Below, in pieces: positions 13,356-26,792 of a DNA stretch of 64,000 bases. The stretch is from Octopus vulgaris. Taxonomy: Eukaryota. The notes under the pieces were generated by a model. The model did not search any database, was not told the DNA's origin, and saw nothing but the letters and a program-made list of their open reading frames with translations. The stretch lies in contig OX597823.1 in assembly GCA_951406725.2 (NCBI GenBank), forward strand, positions 45,384,001 through 45,448,000, in the 5' to 3' direction. The stretch's first letter is position 1. Each line of letters starts with the position of its first letter. The translations under genes were made by a program, and so were the position numbers.

Positions 13356-13504
13356 CTTGAAGAAAACCAAATCCATCACTGAACCACGAATGGCTTCATT
13401 GTATTGATCCATGAAGGTATTAAGTCTGGCAGCCAACTGTTCATAACTGCTGATTGGCTCATAGACTTTTGGTGCTTCCATTTCAACATCTGCTTCCTCT
13501 TCAC
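13356..13504 (-). CDS. DNAH5: Dynein heavy chain exon 11
   Basis: (G)EEEADVEMEAPKVYEPISSYEQLAARLNTFMDQYNEAIRGSVMDLVFFK; cccAG/GTacac; 149 nt. Confidence 0.95.
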
Positions 13505-13966
13505 CTGGGAGATGAGACAAAAAGATTGCTTCCTTTCACAATGGTATTTCCAATGGTTTGATCCAATTAGAGCTATCAGTAAAGAACTGAACATTCCATA
13601 CAAACTTAACGTTTTCCCTCCAATTTTTGAATTCAAATAAAGCAAAAATATATTAAAACATTTAGCTTTTTGAACTGCTGAATGATTTACAGAACATTTG
13701 CACTTGATTCTATTATATATTTCATGCTGAGTTATATACATGATAAAGAGATTACCCTTTTCTCATAACTCATAAAAGAATTTCATTTTCATGCACACAT
13801 GTGCACCAAACACTAGGGAAATTTGTTTTAAAATATCTGCCTGCTAAGCTAACAAACCAGACAAGTATTGAGCCAATGAGCGAGCCTGTATACAGTCACA
13901 TTACTTGCTAAAAAGAATAGCCCAATTTCCCTTAGATCATATTCTATCATTTTAAAGGAAGAAATA

Positions 13967-14132
13967 CTGGCATGGGTTGGACAGTTTGACAGGAGCTGGT
14001 CAGGCAGGAGCCTGCACCATGCTTCTGTGTCTGTTATAGTGTAGCTGTAAAACCCATGCCAAAAACAGACACAGAAGCATGGTGCAAGCTCCTGCCTGGC
14101 CAGCTCCTGTCAAACTGTCCAACCCATGCCAG
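13967..14132. repeat. Inverted repeat (69-bp arms) formed by a retroposon tail
   Basis: 13967-14035 vs 14064-14132, followed by a (GAY)n tail. Confidence 0.88.
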
Positions 14133-14489
14133 CATGGAAGGAGGATGTTAAAAGATGATGATGACAACGACAACGACGACGACGACGATGATGATGATGA
14201 TGATGATGAATGCTGTTGTTCTATAAACCCAAGAGGTGAAATTGCATGGCTTAGTGGTTAGAGTATTTGGCTCACAATCATAAGGTAGTGAGTTCAATGC
14301 CCAGTGGTGCATTGTATCCTTGAGCAAAATACTTTATTTCACATTGACCCAGTCCCCTCAGCTGGCAAAAATGAGTTGTACCTGTAATTCAAAGGCCCAG
14401 CTTTGTCACATTCCCTGTCATGCTGAATCTCCTTGAGAACAACATCAAGAACAAATTTGAACAAGAAATATGATGGCCACATATAGAAC

Positions 14490-15215
14490 ATTGAGGAGAG
14501 TCAAAAGTTTTGCAATATTTGCGAACATGTTAGTTTGTGACATGTATACCTAGTGACCACATCAGCTCAAGCTGTGGAAGGGAACTACTGAGGTTGTTCA
14601 TAAGAAGGTAGTTGATGTGCTGACATATTGTGCATTGCTTCACTCTGTTTGTGGTCTGATAGCCACACATGCAAACGTGCAATGCAATCTTATTTGGGAA
14701 CTTATACTTTATGAGTGTGGACTGGGTCATAACACCATGAAATCACCCAAAACACTTGCTGTGTGAAGGGGGAAGGCACAGTTGAGCACAGTGCAGTAAC
14801 CAGATGATTCAAGAAATTTTGTTTGGGTTGCAAAACCTCATCAGTCAGACAAGGTCAGGGAGGCCTAAAACTGAATTTCAAGGCTGGGTTTCAAGCCATA
14901 GATGCACTCTGAGAGTATCAGATGAGCTTAGCATCCCACAGATGTATGCCATTGTGGAGCAAAAATGCCTGGCTTTTCTGCACCAAGACAACACAAGACA
15001 TACTGCTTGAACAACCAGCAATAAACACCAGGAACTTGAAGGAATCAAACTGATGCCACAGCCAACATATTGGCTGGACCAAGCGCCAACAGATAATTAC
15101 TTATTCCAATCTATGGCTCACTTCCGGAACTTGTAATGCTTCATCAATCAAATGGAGGTAGAAGCTTCAGTGAATGAGTTCTTCACCTCGAAAGACAAGC
15201 ATTGGTATCAGTGTG
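14490..15215 (+). mobile_element. Internally deleted mariner remnant(s)
   Basis: HTH-like LILYE..LGH...GEG.V...FKKF...RSGRP (~14700-14870) and C-terminal HQDNTRH...APTDNYLFQSM...EFFTSKDKHWY (~14980-15210); related fragment at ~49070-49180 (-). Confidence 0.7.
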
Positions 15216-16193
15216 AGAATGAGTGGCTGATATTTGCGTACTTTCTCTTGTGCTGCTTCATTCAAGGCAGCTCTTTTGTTCTTGGCACTGTTGAATTTAG
15301 TCTTTCTGTTCAGTTGTCAATGATGTTTGCTTTCTCTTCACAGACATAGTAACAACAACAAACTTGATTAACACTCAGAAGAAAATCATAGAGAGAATGA
15401 AGACACAACTGATTTTGCTATGCTTTTAAATCCTTCAGCATGTCAGTCATTATAATGACAGATTAAAGAGATTGCTTGGAATCAGACCAACAGACCAGTG
15501 GTGCTTTACATAATTATAAACGAAGGATGCAATGGTTGCGCCAATGTCTGTAGCATTCTTTGATGTAATGTTTACAAATGTTCTTCAGTTATTTGAATTA
15601 ACTTTTAATCATTTTATACAAAAGACAAAATGGTGACTCCAGTATTATTCTTTTGTTCAGGTTATACCCAGTAGAGTTAGTTGTATATTCACAAAATCTT
15701 AGGATTTTGTTTGGGTGCACAGAAATTCATATATTGGATATTCAGATAGGTCTGTCTGCCTGTAGGTCTGTCTATATATTTGTATGTCTATGTACGTACG
15801 TACACACACACACATTTAAATATGCATAAATATGTGCACATACACTCACACATATATTCATATATACACAGACACATGTATGTATGAATATATAAGTGTG
15901 CATCACATACACATACACATGTTGATCTGTGCATCAATGATGTATCATCTTAAAGCAGATACAGCATTGAAACCCTTATTGATGTATAGCATTAAAAAAC
16001 ACAGAAATATTTTAGCAGCAGATGGAAATCATCCAGCATCAGTGGAAAATCTTTGTCTACTGTTAAATATGTATTTCTGCCTCTAAGGGCTTCAACAGTA
16101 TCAAGTCTCCACAGGTGCTTTTAACACTCCAATGAGTAAAAATTAATTAAGTCTGGATCAGGCATATCAGTGATAATGACAATGTGCTGTTCA

Positions 16194-16398
16194 AATGGCC
16201 ACCATGTTCACCGGATTTGACACATTGTGATTTTTTTCTATGGGACTATGTGAAAGGACTTAGAGGAACTCAAGCAAAGAGTCACTGAGGTACTGGAGAA
16301 TGTTATGCAAGACATGTTACAGCATGTTTGGTATGAACTGGGCTACTGACTAGATGTGTATCATGTCACAGAGAGTGTGCATATTAAACATTTGTGAA
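16194..16398 (+). mobile_element. Tc1/mariner superfamily transposase 3' fragment
   Basis: WPPCSPDLTHCDFFLWDYVKG...LEELKQRV...MLQHVWYEL, matching the WPPRSPDLTPCDFFLWG motif. Confidence 0.75.
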
Positions 16399-17230
16399 GC
16401 TTTGTGAAATCAGTTGTAAAATCTACATCCCTCTGAATCTCTTGTTTGAATTTTGATAAATAAATCTCTTATTGTTCAACATAAGACATATTTAATTTCA
16501 TTTGCCTATAGCATGTAGTTTCTCAGATATTCACATTTCAAATGAAGTCAATTTATACAATTCCTACAAAAATTTTATTATTAAAATGAAATAGTACTTT
16601 TTAAACACTGAATTGCTACAAGGGTCTATAGGAATTGCTACAAGGGCAAAATAGGAATCAAAGATGGAGTGGGGGATCCTTAGGCAAAAACTGGTTGACA
16701 ATCACTTATCGAAAGTCATGGCAAATTTTGATTCATAATGATCTATTTTGTCTGGCCTAAACAAAGACAGGTCTCATGGTACCTGAGAAAAGCAGAATCA
16801 GACAAACTGACAGCAGAGAATACTACAAAGGTTCAGAATTGTCAACACATTAGCACATAGTTCCAGTCACATCAGTTCACCATGTTACAGAATGTTTTAG
16901 GCCGTTTCTTTTTTTTGACTTGTCAAAACTTCCAGGACATTTCCTGGATCTGCAAACCTGCGAAGAATGATGTGAGTTGTCATCCTATTGATGGAGAAAC
17001 AAGGGGATTACATCATTTAATTTGTCCTCCCCATTTTATTTTCTTTAAGGTAATGGCGTGTGATTTGAAAGAGATTTGACTGCTATTTGTGGTAAATCAA
17101 GCAAAGCTGTAGAGGCTTTCTCCTTGTCAAGTGGGGATAAATAAAAGGAAAAACTGAAGAAGTCTTAGTCAACTACATACTCAAGTAGAATAACAGCAAT
17201 ATGAATAGAATAACAGGTGTCAAAACTTAC

Positions 17231-17324
17231 CAGTGGCTTCTGGGGCATCTTGAAGGAAGTCCACAAAATAGGGCTCTTTTACCATGTCTTGTGCCAATGC
17301 TAAACCACATTCTTCTTCTACAAC
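17231..17324 (-). CDS. DNAH5: Dynein heavy chain exon 10
   Basis: VVEEECGLALAQDMVKEPYFVDFLQDAPEAT(G); gaaAG/GTaagt; 94 nt, phase-1 end matches the next exon; YFVDFLxDAPE motif. Confidence 0.92.
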
Positions 17325-17710
17325 CTTTCCATGTAAAAAATAGAGACAGTGAGAGTGAAAAACATGATAAATTTAATAAAAGTGGGTGTGCATGTGTGTG
17401 TGAACATGTGCATGTGTGTGCATGTACATGTGCATGTATGTGGGAGTACATGTGTGTGAACATGTGCATGAATGTGCACATGCACATGCATATACACATG
17501 TGCATGGGTGTGCATATATGTATATGTATATATATATGTATATGTGTGCACATGTGTGCACATGTGCATGTGTGTGCACATGTGTGAGCACATGTGTGCA
17601 TGAAGGAATTAAAGAGGATAATGAAAAAGAGAACAACAGAGCAAAGAGAAAATAAAAAAATAAATATAAAATGGAAAAATGTGGAGGGTTGTTGCCTTCA
17701 ATAGCTTTAG

Positions 17711-17920
17711 CCATTTAGTATTCAAACCAGCCAGATCCAGCTTAAATATTCTACACATTTTATGCCAGATCCTGCCTCTCACACCTACCTTACAATGTCT
17801 TTCTAAAAATAAGCAATCACATTATGAAAATCCTGAAGCTACAAGATGATGCATGATTAATTCAAATTTATGGAAATAAATAAGCTTAATAGTTGACAGA
17901 GAAATATGAATATTAAAGAG
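17711..17920. mobile_element. piggyBac-like MITE (second partial copy at ~43830-43990)
   Basis: Ends resemble TTAA|CCCTTT...AAAGGG|TTAA (ttaaccctttaa at ~43827; aaagagttaa at 17915-17924); shared body gcctctcacacctacc. Confidence 0.55.
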
Positions 17921-18167
17921 TTAATACCAATTCCTTTAACCTTACCTGAAATTTATTTTGCAACCAAATCAATATTTCACAACCATCTCACTTTATGTTT
18001 CTAACCTTTATCCATGTATTCAATATTCATATCTCACCACTGGGCTCACACTTTTTACACATGCTTCATACTGTAAATCTTGCTTATCAGCATATCTAAC
18101 AACTTTCTGAAATTCACATGAACCTTTCTTATTCAGCTATTATCCTTTCACCACAATTCCCACAAGC

Positions 18168-18452
18168 GAAGGCACATGGCTAAGTAGTTAGGGCTTTCGG
18201 CTCACAATCATAAGGCCATGAGTTCAATTCCTGGCGCTGTGTTGTGTCCTTGAGCAAGACACTTTATTTAACATTGCTACAGTCTACTCAGCTAGCAAAA
18301 ATGAATAGTACCTGTATTTCAAAGGGCCAGCCATATCACACTCTGTGTCATGCTGAATCTCCCAGAGAACTATTTTAAAGGTACATGTGTTCGAGGAGTG
18401 CTCAACTACTTGCACGTTAATTTCAAGCTGTTCTGTTGATCGTATCATCAGG
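18168..18452 (+). mobile_element. tRNA-derived SINE family C
   Basis: Head ggcacatggctaagtagttag...gagttcaattcc; core tgtgtccttgagcaagacacttt...actcagct. Related copies ~14240-14440, 42577-42790, 44712-44965 (+), 46560-46870 (-); related head at 35868-36165. Confidence 0.72.
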
Positions 18453-20103
18453 GACCCTTTTGCCGAACCACTTCATTATGGGGATGTAAACACACCAACA
18501 TCGGTTGTCAAGCGATGGTGGTGGTGGGGGGAGAAAGGCTGACACACAAATACATACACACAAACACACACACATACACATATGTATATATATACCACAG
18601 TCTTCTTTCAATTTCCGTCTACCAAATCCATTCACAAGGCTTTGGTCAGCCTGAGGCTATAGTAGAAGACACCTGCGCAAAGTGCCATGCAGTGGAAGTG
18701 AACTTGGAGCCATGTGGGTGAGAAGTAAGCTTCTTACCACACAGCCACTGGTAGCCTTGTTAGCTCATAAATAAAGAATATTTATCCATCAATGCAATGC
18801 TGAGCACTCATTCTCACTATTTGATTTTAGTGTGTGTGTGTGTGTGATCCAAATCTTCCATGAAAAAAATGTCCAGCCATAGGGAAATATTAACTTGTTT
18901 GGAGACAGGCAAGGGCTAGCAACAAGAAGGGCATCTGCTTGTAGAAAATCTGCATCAATGAAAACCTGCTTGCATGGTATGTAAACATTAAACAATGATT
19001 GTGTGTATGTATGTGTGTGTGTCCATAATCATCATTTAATGTTTGATGCTGGCATAGGTTGAACAGTTTGACAGGGTTCACTGGATCTGAAGACTGCATC
19101 TTGCTCCAGTGCCTGCTTTGGCGTGTTGTCAATAGCTGGATTCTATTCCCAAGACTAATCCCTTTGCAATATGTATTGGGTGCTCTATTGCGCATGGCAC
19201 CAGCACTTGTGAAGTCACCATGAAGCTTGCAAGATTCATGGTTGCCTTCAACTGAATGAGACTACAGTTGAGAGGAAGGTAGCTTTATGCTATGGGATGA
19301 GAGGGTTAAAGTATGAGAGAAGGGGAACCCAGAACAGAACAGGCTTCTTGTTGCAGGGAACCTACAAAGCTACTCACATTATACAAGAGAAGATGAGAGT
19401 GGCTGATATGTCTATACAACTAGAGCTTAATGACTGCTCAGAAATTTGCAACGTTTAGAATAAACAAAAATTATTTTTTGTAACTGCATTTCTTAGTCTA
19501 AGAAAGAAAAAAAAAACACAATAAAAAAAATGGCTGCCTGTAATTTTTGAAATATCACAATAAAATATGGTAGTTAGGAGAATAAGTAAATATGTAAAAG
19601 AAGCTAGGTTAATTCTCTATTTGATGAAAATTTTTTTGAAAAGATCAACCAAAATGAAACTCAACTTAGAAAAATTTCAATGAATATTCTGTAAAATAAA
19701 TGTTGGTTTTTTTCTTTAATGTTTTTATTTCTAGAATTACATCAAAGATCAAAATGTGTTTATTGAGAGCAATCTACAATATACTATATTTTCCCCTTTG
19801 TTTAGCAGTTTAAATACCGTTATACACCCTTTTGTACTAAATAAAGTATCATAGTTTCTTTCTTATTGGCTTCCAGGAGGTGTGTGTATGTGTGTGTGTG
19901 TGTGTGTGTGTGGAGGGGGAACATAATGTTTTGGAAATGGTTTTTCATGACTTGTACAAGTTCTTGACCTATGTAAAATTTGCTAACTTTTGTAATCTGG
20001 GTTGTAGTAGTTATGGCTGGACTGAGAGTTGTCAAGAGATATTTTGAAAATTCTCTGAAGCATTTCAATGTCATTATTGTGCCAAGTCTATTTTATCATT
20101 ATT

Positions 20104-20106
<3 letters not shown>

Positions 20107-20158
<52 letters not shown>

Positions 20159-20172
20159 TAATGATAATAATG

Positions 20173-20215
<43 letters not shown>

Positions 20216-20221
20216 ATGATG

Positions 20222-20273
<52 letters not shown>

Positions 20274-20286
20274 TAATAATAATAAT
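20107..20286. repeat. (TAA)n microsatellite
   Basis: Direct reading; further (TAA)n at 20703-20755, 20969-21033, 22925-22995 and 23880-23965. Confidence 0.95.
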
Positions 20287-20702
20287 TCTGCTCAAAAGTT
20301 TCAAAAATTTCAAAAATTTGCTTGTCAGTTGTTCAACCTTAACTAGTTGAGCACGTCCGTTACTGGCTGACAATATGAGTATCTCTGATCATGAGTAAAA
20401 GTAGTGGAGGAGCATCATAGATATGTGTTGAGGAGAATTCTTTAGAGCTTGAATAATTCACCTCTGGAAGCATGGGTATTTCATGCAATATCCTTAAATA
20501 ACCCTTATTCACAACCTGAAGAAAATTCTAACTGGGCCCCACTTGCAAGGTCATGTGCTGTTTATCTTGATGTTGCACACATATGGTTGTGATGCATATG
20601 CCTGGTGTCCCCTTATCAAACAGATAGTTATGATGGGTATACTGAGCTTCATATATTTTACCCCAGTGTCACTTTGATGGCATGCACTGCTCCCTCACTC
20701 AA

Positions 20703-20757
<55 letters not shown>

Positions 20758-20968
20758 GTTTCAGATTTTGGCATAAAGCCAGCAGTTTTTGGGGAGGGGC
20801 CAAGTCAATTAAATCGACTCCAGTGCTTACTGGTACTTAATTTATAAACCCTGCAAGGATGAAAGGCAAAGTCAACCTCAGTAAAATTTGAATTTGTATC
20901 TCAGAGACAGATAAAATGCCACTAAGCATCTTGCCTGGCATGCTAATGATTCTGCCAGCTCACCGCTC

Positions 20969-21025
<57 letters not shown>

Positions 21026-21430
21026 TGATAATAATCTTTTCTACTGCACAAGGCCTGAAATTTTAGGGAAAGGATTGAGTTAATTACATCAACCCCAGTG
21101 CATAACTCATACTTATTTAATCAACTCTAAAGGGATGAAAGGCAAAGTCAATCTCAGAATAATAATCCTTTTTACTATAGGCAAAAGGCCTGGATTTTCT
21201 GGTGAGGGAGAGAGTTGATCACATCGACCCCAATACTCAACTGGTACTTAATTTATTGACCTTGAAAAAATGAAAGGCAAAGTTGACCTTGGCAGAATTT
21301 GAGCTCAGAATGTAAAAAAAACAGAAGATATACCATGAGGCATTTTGTCCAACAGTTTAACAAATAATAACAAGAAGAACAAGAAATAAGCCTTTATTTA
21401 TGGGTGTATCACATTTCTTGCATGTGTGTA

Positions 21431-21480
<50 letters not shown>

Positions 21481-22003
21481 TGTCTGGCAAGCTTCTCTCT
21501 TCTGCTCATCTGCAATTTAATTCTTGTTATTATTTCGTTCATGTAGGCTTGATCTAATTGATCTAATAATCAAAATTATAACTATCCCATTTTTTTTCAA
21601 TCTTAATTAATGATAATTATTTTTAACTGTTAATTGCCAAATGCTAATTTTAAAAATTGATGAAAGCTGGCTTTTCATCATCTCTGCAGTTTAGAAACTA
21701 GGAATCTGAGAACCTACAACAAAACACAAATTTTAGTGATGACATTGTCAAATGACTTTACCTCAAACCTAAAACACTTAGAACAAATCCAGCAGGTCAA
21801 TAATTCTGAATAAAACTGATATAGGAGTCTGGCTAGTATTTAGTAAAACCAGAAATAATCCATCTACTGCTGATGATATGGCAAATGAACTAAGAACAAG
21901 CTGGTTGATGATAGAAAGAACATCCAGCCATAGAAATCATGCCAAAAATGAAATGTATGAGGAAGATGTGGATACATTAAGCTACATCATAAGCTACCCA
22001 CCC

Positions 22004-22407
22004 AGGAGTGGCTGTGTGGTAAGTAGCTTGCTTACGAACCACATGGATCCTGGTTCATTCCCACTGCATGGCACCTTGGGTAAGTGTCTTCAACTATAGC
22101 CTCAGGCCAACCAAAGCCTTGTGAGTGGATTTGGTAGACGGAAACTGAAAGAAGCCCGTTGTATATAAGTGTATATATATGTGTGTGTGTGTGTGTATGT
22201 TTGTGTGTCTGTGTTTGTTCCCCCAACATCACTTGACAACTGATGCTGATGTGCTTATGGCCCTGTAACTTAGCGTTTCGGCAAAAGAGACCGATAGAAT
22301 AAGTACTAGGCTTCCAAAGAATAAGTCCTGGGGTAGATTTGCTTGACCAAAAGGCAGTGCTCTAGCATGGCTGCAATCAAATTACTGAAACAAATAAAAG
22401 AGTAAGA
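22004..22407 (+). mobile_element. SINE family A copy
   Basis: Full-length match to 8200-8608. Confidence 0.85.
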
Positions 22408-22937
22408 GCAATAACACTTGATAAGATCTGATATAGAGCAAAGAGACCTCTAGATTGGCTGCAAGTAGTAGTGGTACAGAAAGCATGTTTTCAGGTTATA
22501 CTTTAAGACAGATGCAACAACAAAGTTGGTCAATTTCTGTATTGCCATGCATTAGATAATAAAAATGGAGATGCTGTGTAATCCATCCAACCCAAGCCAG
22601 AATAGAAAAATACACACCAAATTATTATGCTGATGATGATATATTACAGTCCTAACACCAAACAAGAGACTATGATACATTCCAGAAAAATACTTTCAGT
22701 TTACAAGGAATGTAGAGATATAAAACATAAACAAAGATGAAAGGCTGAAGCTGCACTGCAAGCATGAGTCTTTACAGAGAAGATGGACTGATGGCATCCA
22801 GAAAACAAATAACAACCACTTAACAAAAATATGACATGGCGGTAACTGCAGAAACAAACCTTGTATCTGTCAACTATAGTATCATGAGTCTAAGTTCATG
22901 ATGCTTTGAAACTTACAAAAAAAATATAATAATAATG

Positions 22938-22992
<55 letters not shown>

Positions 22993-22998
<6 letters not shown>

Positions 22999-23880
22999 AA
23001 AGAAATATTACAAGTAACTGCAGAATATGTGGAGATGGACAAGAAACATAAACGCAAAAGAAATAGACAAAGAAAAATCCCAGCAATGGTTGAGAAGCTC
23101 AGGACTCAAAGCAGAAACAGAGGGATTTTTAATTGCAGCACAAGACCAAAGCCTCCCCACCAGAAATTACCAAAAACATGTAATGAAAAGAAATATTACA
23201 AGTAACTGCAGAATATGTGGAGATGGACAAGAAACAATAAATCATATTATCTCTAGCTGCCCAGTCCTGGCTAAGAAGGAATATATTCACAGACATGACA
23301 GAGTTGGAACCTACATACATTGGAAGCTATGCCAACATTATGGAATAACAACAGAAAAAAGATGGTATAGGCACACACCAGAAAAGGTCACAGAAAACGA
23401 GAAAGCAACCATACTCTGGGATATGCCGATACACACAGATAGAGAAATTAAGGCCAACAGACCAGATATAGTTGTCAGAGATCATGAAGAAAATAAATGC
23501 TTTTTAATTGATGTATCAATACCGGCAGATGACAACGTGTCTCTAAAAGAAATGGAGAAACTCTCAAAATACAAAGACCTGGAAATAGAGGTAACTAGAA
23601 TGTGGAATCTGAAAACAGAAACAATTCCTATCATAGTAGGTGCATTAGGCATGATAAAAAAATATTCAGACAAATACATAACAAAAACACCAGGACTTAC
23701 AAACACATATAACATACAGAAAATTGCACTACTAGGCACTGCCCACATCCTACGCAGAACACTTTCCATACAATAACCATCAGAGCATCACAACAAATCA
23801 CAGCACATACCCAAGGCACACAGAGCTGCGCTCGGTAGTGAAGTGAAAGCACGCTATAAAAATAAAAATAAAACTACTGA
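22993..23880 (+). mobile_element. 5'-truncated Dong/R4-clade non-LTR retrotransposon inserted in (TAA)n
   Basis: Open ORF 23027-23776 with CCHC knuckle CRICGDGQETINHIISSC, RHD motif and restriction-like endonuclease RPDIVV...IDVS...K.SKY; short 3' UTR; (TAA)n on both sides. Confidence 0.9.
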
Positions 23881-23901
23881 ATAATAATAATAATGATGAT
23901 A

Positions 23902-23965
<64 letters not shown>

Positions 23966-23967
<2 letters not shown>

Positions 23968-24439
23968 GTATAAAAGATGGGCTACAGCAAATATTCTGCT
24001 CAATACCACAGATTTGCTTGTCAGTTGTTTGACCATAACCAGTTGAGCATGTCCCTTAGTGGCTGACGATATGTGCATCTCTGATCATGAGCAGAAGTAG
24101 TGGGGGAGCATCATAGCCATGTGTTGAGAGGGATTCTTTGGGGTTTGAATAGTTCACCTCTGGAAACATGGGTGGTTCTTTCAACATCCTTAAACAACCC
24201 TTATTCAGGGACCTTTTGAGCGGGATGGGCTACTCAACCTGAAGAAAATTCTAACTGGGCCCCACCTGCAAGGTCATGTGCTGTTTATCTTGATATGAGA
24301 TCACCATGTCGCGCACATATGGTTGTGATGCATGTGCCTGGTGTACCTTTATCAGACGGGTAGTCATGATGGGTATATTGGGCTTCGTATATTTTACCCC
24401 AGTGTCACTTTGATGGCATGAACTGCTCTCTCACTCAAT
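23966..24439 (+). mobile_element. Non-coding repeat embedded in (TAA)n (second copy ~20286-20703)
   Basis: Both copies end actgctc(t/c)ctcactcaa and run into (TAA)n, with (TAA)n upstream too. Confidence 0.75.
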
Positions 24440-24559
24440 GATAATAATAATAATAATAATAGATTTTTTTAAATACCCCTGAAACATTCCAAATCCAAGA
24501 ACACCCTAATTATGGTGAATGATTCTCAAAGAAAAGAGGAGATAATTTCTAGAAATTAT

Positions 24560-25060
24560 GATGGTCTGTATTTGAGTATATGCACTGACTTTTCTTTACT
24601 ATAATTTCAAAAGGTGCAAAGGTAATGAACTGGATGGTAATGAAATTGTCATCCTTTTTTATAAAGAAGCTCGGGATGACAGTGGATAAAGATGACCAAG
24701 ATATCTATTGTGCTGGCAATGTAGATATTGTTGTAAAGGACTCTGTCTTTGATGCGAACCATTATGAAGCAGGATTCCTTAATTGCAATGGCCAATCGCC
24801 AATATTTGAAACTCTGAACAGGAACTATGCATATGTATTGGAAGTAAATGTCCAAATCTTAAATAAGTTTGGCAAATGGAAAATTTAACTGAGACTAGAA
24901 ATAATCAATCTGGAAAATATGCTCAATGCCATTATTTTTAATCATTGGTTATAGCTACACTGTAAAGACTTGCATGTGATTAAAACATTTAAAACCACTC
25001 TAGTGTTTCATTACTTGCTTCTTGTAAATGCAGTTTCATGGGACATTAATTATGTCAACA
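24560..25060 (+). mobile_element. Possible decayed MULE-type transposase fragment
   Basis: Coding-like sequence with W.C...CKG (FLYWCH-like) and LHV..TFKT (DGTF-like) traces; frameshifted. Confidence 0.3.
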
Positions 25061-25404
25061 CCAATAATGAAGAAAACAATATCTATTTATAGCATGAAGT
25101 CACACACAGCTTTGTATGAATGTCTGTCTTGATAAAAACTAAAACAGTCTTCTATTGCTACCAATGTCAATTTTATTGTCTGATTACTTCAAATCAACAA
25201 CACAAGAGTAACCTCTCACTGTATTTATCTGGTCATTGATCAATATAATCTCCAGTGTCGACAACAATATGAGGTGGTCTCTATTTGTGAACATTATGCA
25301 ACAGGTATCAATTCTTGTGTATCCATCAGCTTCTATTCTTTACTATATTCACCTTCTTGCATCTTGAGGACGTGCCCTGACACTCCATCACTATCATCCT
25401 TTCT

Positions 25405-26155
25405 TCCTTTCCTGCTGGTATGATCATGTGTTGTGAATGGATGAGGACAGCTGTGTGAAAAAGTGTCACACTCTAGCAGTAGAAAGAACCTGTGGAAGAG
25501 GTAGACCCAGGAAGATGAGGTGGTGAAGTATGAACTGCAAACATGGGGCCTCACCGAAGCAATGACAAGTGACTGAAACCTTTGGAGATATGCTGTGCTT
25601 GAGAAGGCCCATCAAGCCAAATGAGACTATAACTGTGACCTATGCCAGTGTAGGATAACCAGCCCATTTAAGAGTACCCTTCAATCATTGGGCAATAAAC
25701 TGCGCTTGCGAAGATCTGTTGAAGCAAGTGAAATCGTTGTGACAGATGGCAGTACCACCTGATTGGTATCTATGCTAGTGGCATGTTAAAAGCACCATTC
25801 GAGCATGATCATTGCCAGTGCCTCCTGAATAGATCCCGTGCAGGTGGCACATAAAAAGCACCATTCAAATATGATTGTTGTCAGTGTTGCCTGACTGGCT
25901 CCCATACCGGTGTCACATAAAAAACACCATTTGAGCATGGTCGATGCCAGTACCACCTGAGTAGGCCTTGTGCCAGTGGCACACAACATTCTTGGAGTGG
26001 TTCACATTAGGAAAGGCATCCAGCCGTAGAAACTCTGCCAGATCAGATTGGATCCTGGTGCAGCGTTCTGGCTTGCCAGCCCTCAGTCAAACCATCCAAC
26101 ACATGTCAGCATGGAAAGCAGATGTTAAACGACGATGACAATGATGATGATGATG
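25405..26155 (+). mobile_element. RTE-like LINE 3' end with tandem-repeat 3' UTR and (GAT)n tail
   Basis: ORF-end peptides RGRPRK and DEVVK..L...GLTEAMTSD*NLWRYAVLEK; ~60-65-bp internal repeats ggtggcacataaaaagcaccatt; tail gttaaacgacgatgac. Confidence 0.7.
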
Positions 26156-26221
26156 ACATGAAAGAGAGATGAAAGGAAGAAAGAATAAAAGGGATGGTGG
26201 TATATATGTTAATTGACTTAC

Positions 26222-26362
26222 CTGTTGGAAAATGCCTTCAAACCATGTTTTATCTTGAATCTCTGTAAATCGGTCTGCCAAAACACGGGTACATTCATGG
26301 GTCCACAGAGATATTAGGACTTGTGGCTCTTTGATAACTTCTGCTTCTGCTGAGAGCATGCC
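26222..26362 (-). CDS. DNAH5: Dynein heavy chain exon 9
   Basis: GMLSAEAEVIKEPQVLISLWTHECTRVLADRFTEIQDKTWFEGIFQQ; ttccAG/GTaagt; 141 nt; LW.HEC.RV..DR motif. Confidence 0.96.
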
Positions 26363-26377
26363 CTGGAATAGAGATTT

Positions 26378-26425
<48 letters not shown>

Positions 26426-26792
26426 ATCACCACCACCATGGTCGCTACTACTATGACCAACAGTCACTGCTACTACTGCTATTTTGGTTGCTGGTCATTT
26501 TCACTATTACAGCCAACGAATCTAGTCAATGGAAAAGACAGCCATTGTGCTCCTTCCCCACAAAACACCACCATGTGGACTCTGTTGAGACTTAGTAAGA
26601 AGCAATTATGCACTTTTTATTATACTTAACTTTTAAAAATATTTTTGATCAGGTTCGTTTTTTTAAAGAAGAACTGAAACATGTAAAATCTCTAAGAAAA
26701 TTAAAATTTATCTTATATAGTGGCGTTTTCAAACTTCTTTTTTATAAATATATACCCACTCATATGCCACCTACACTTATATATATATATTC

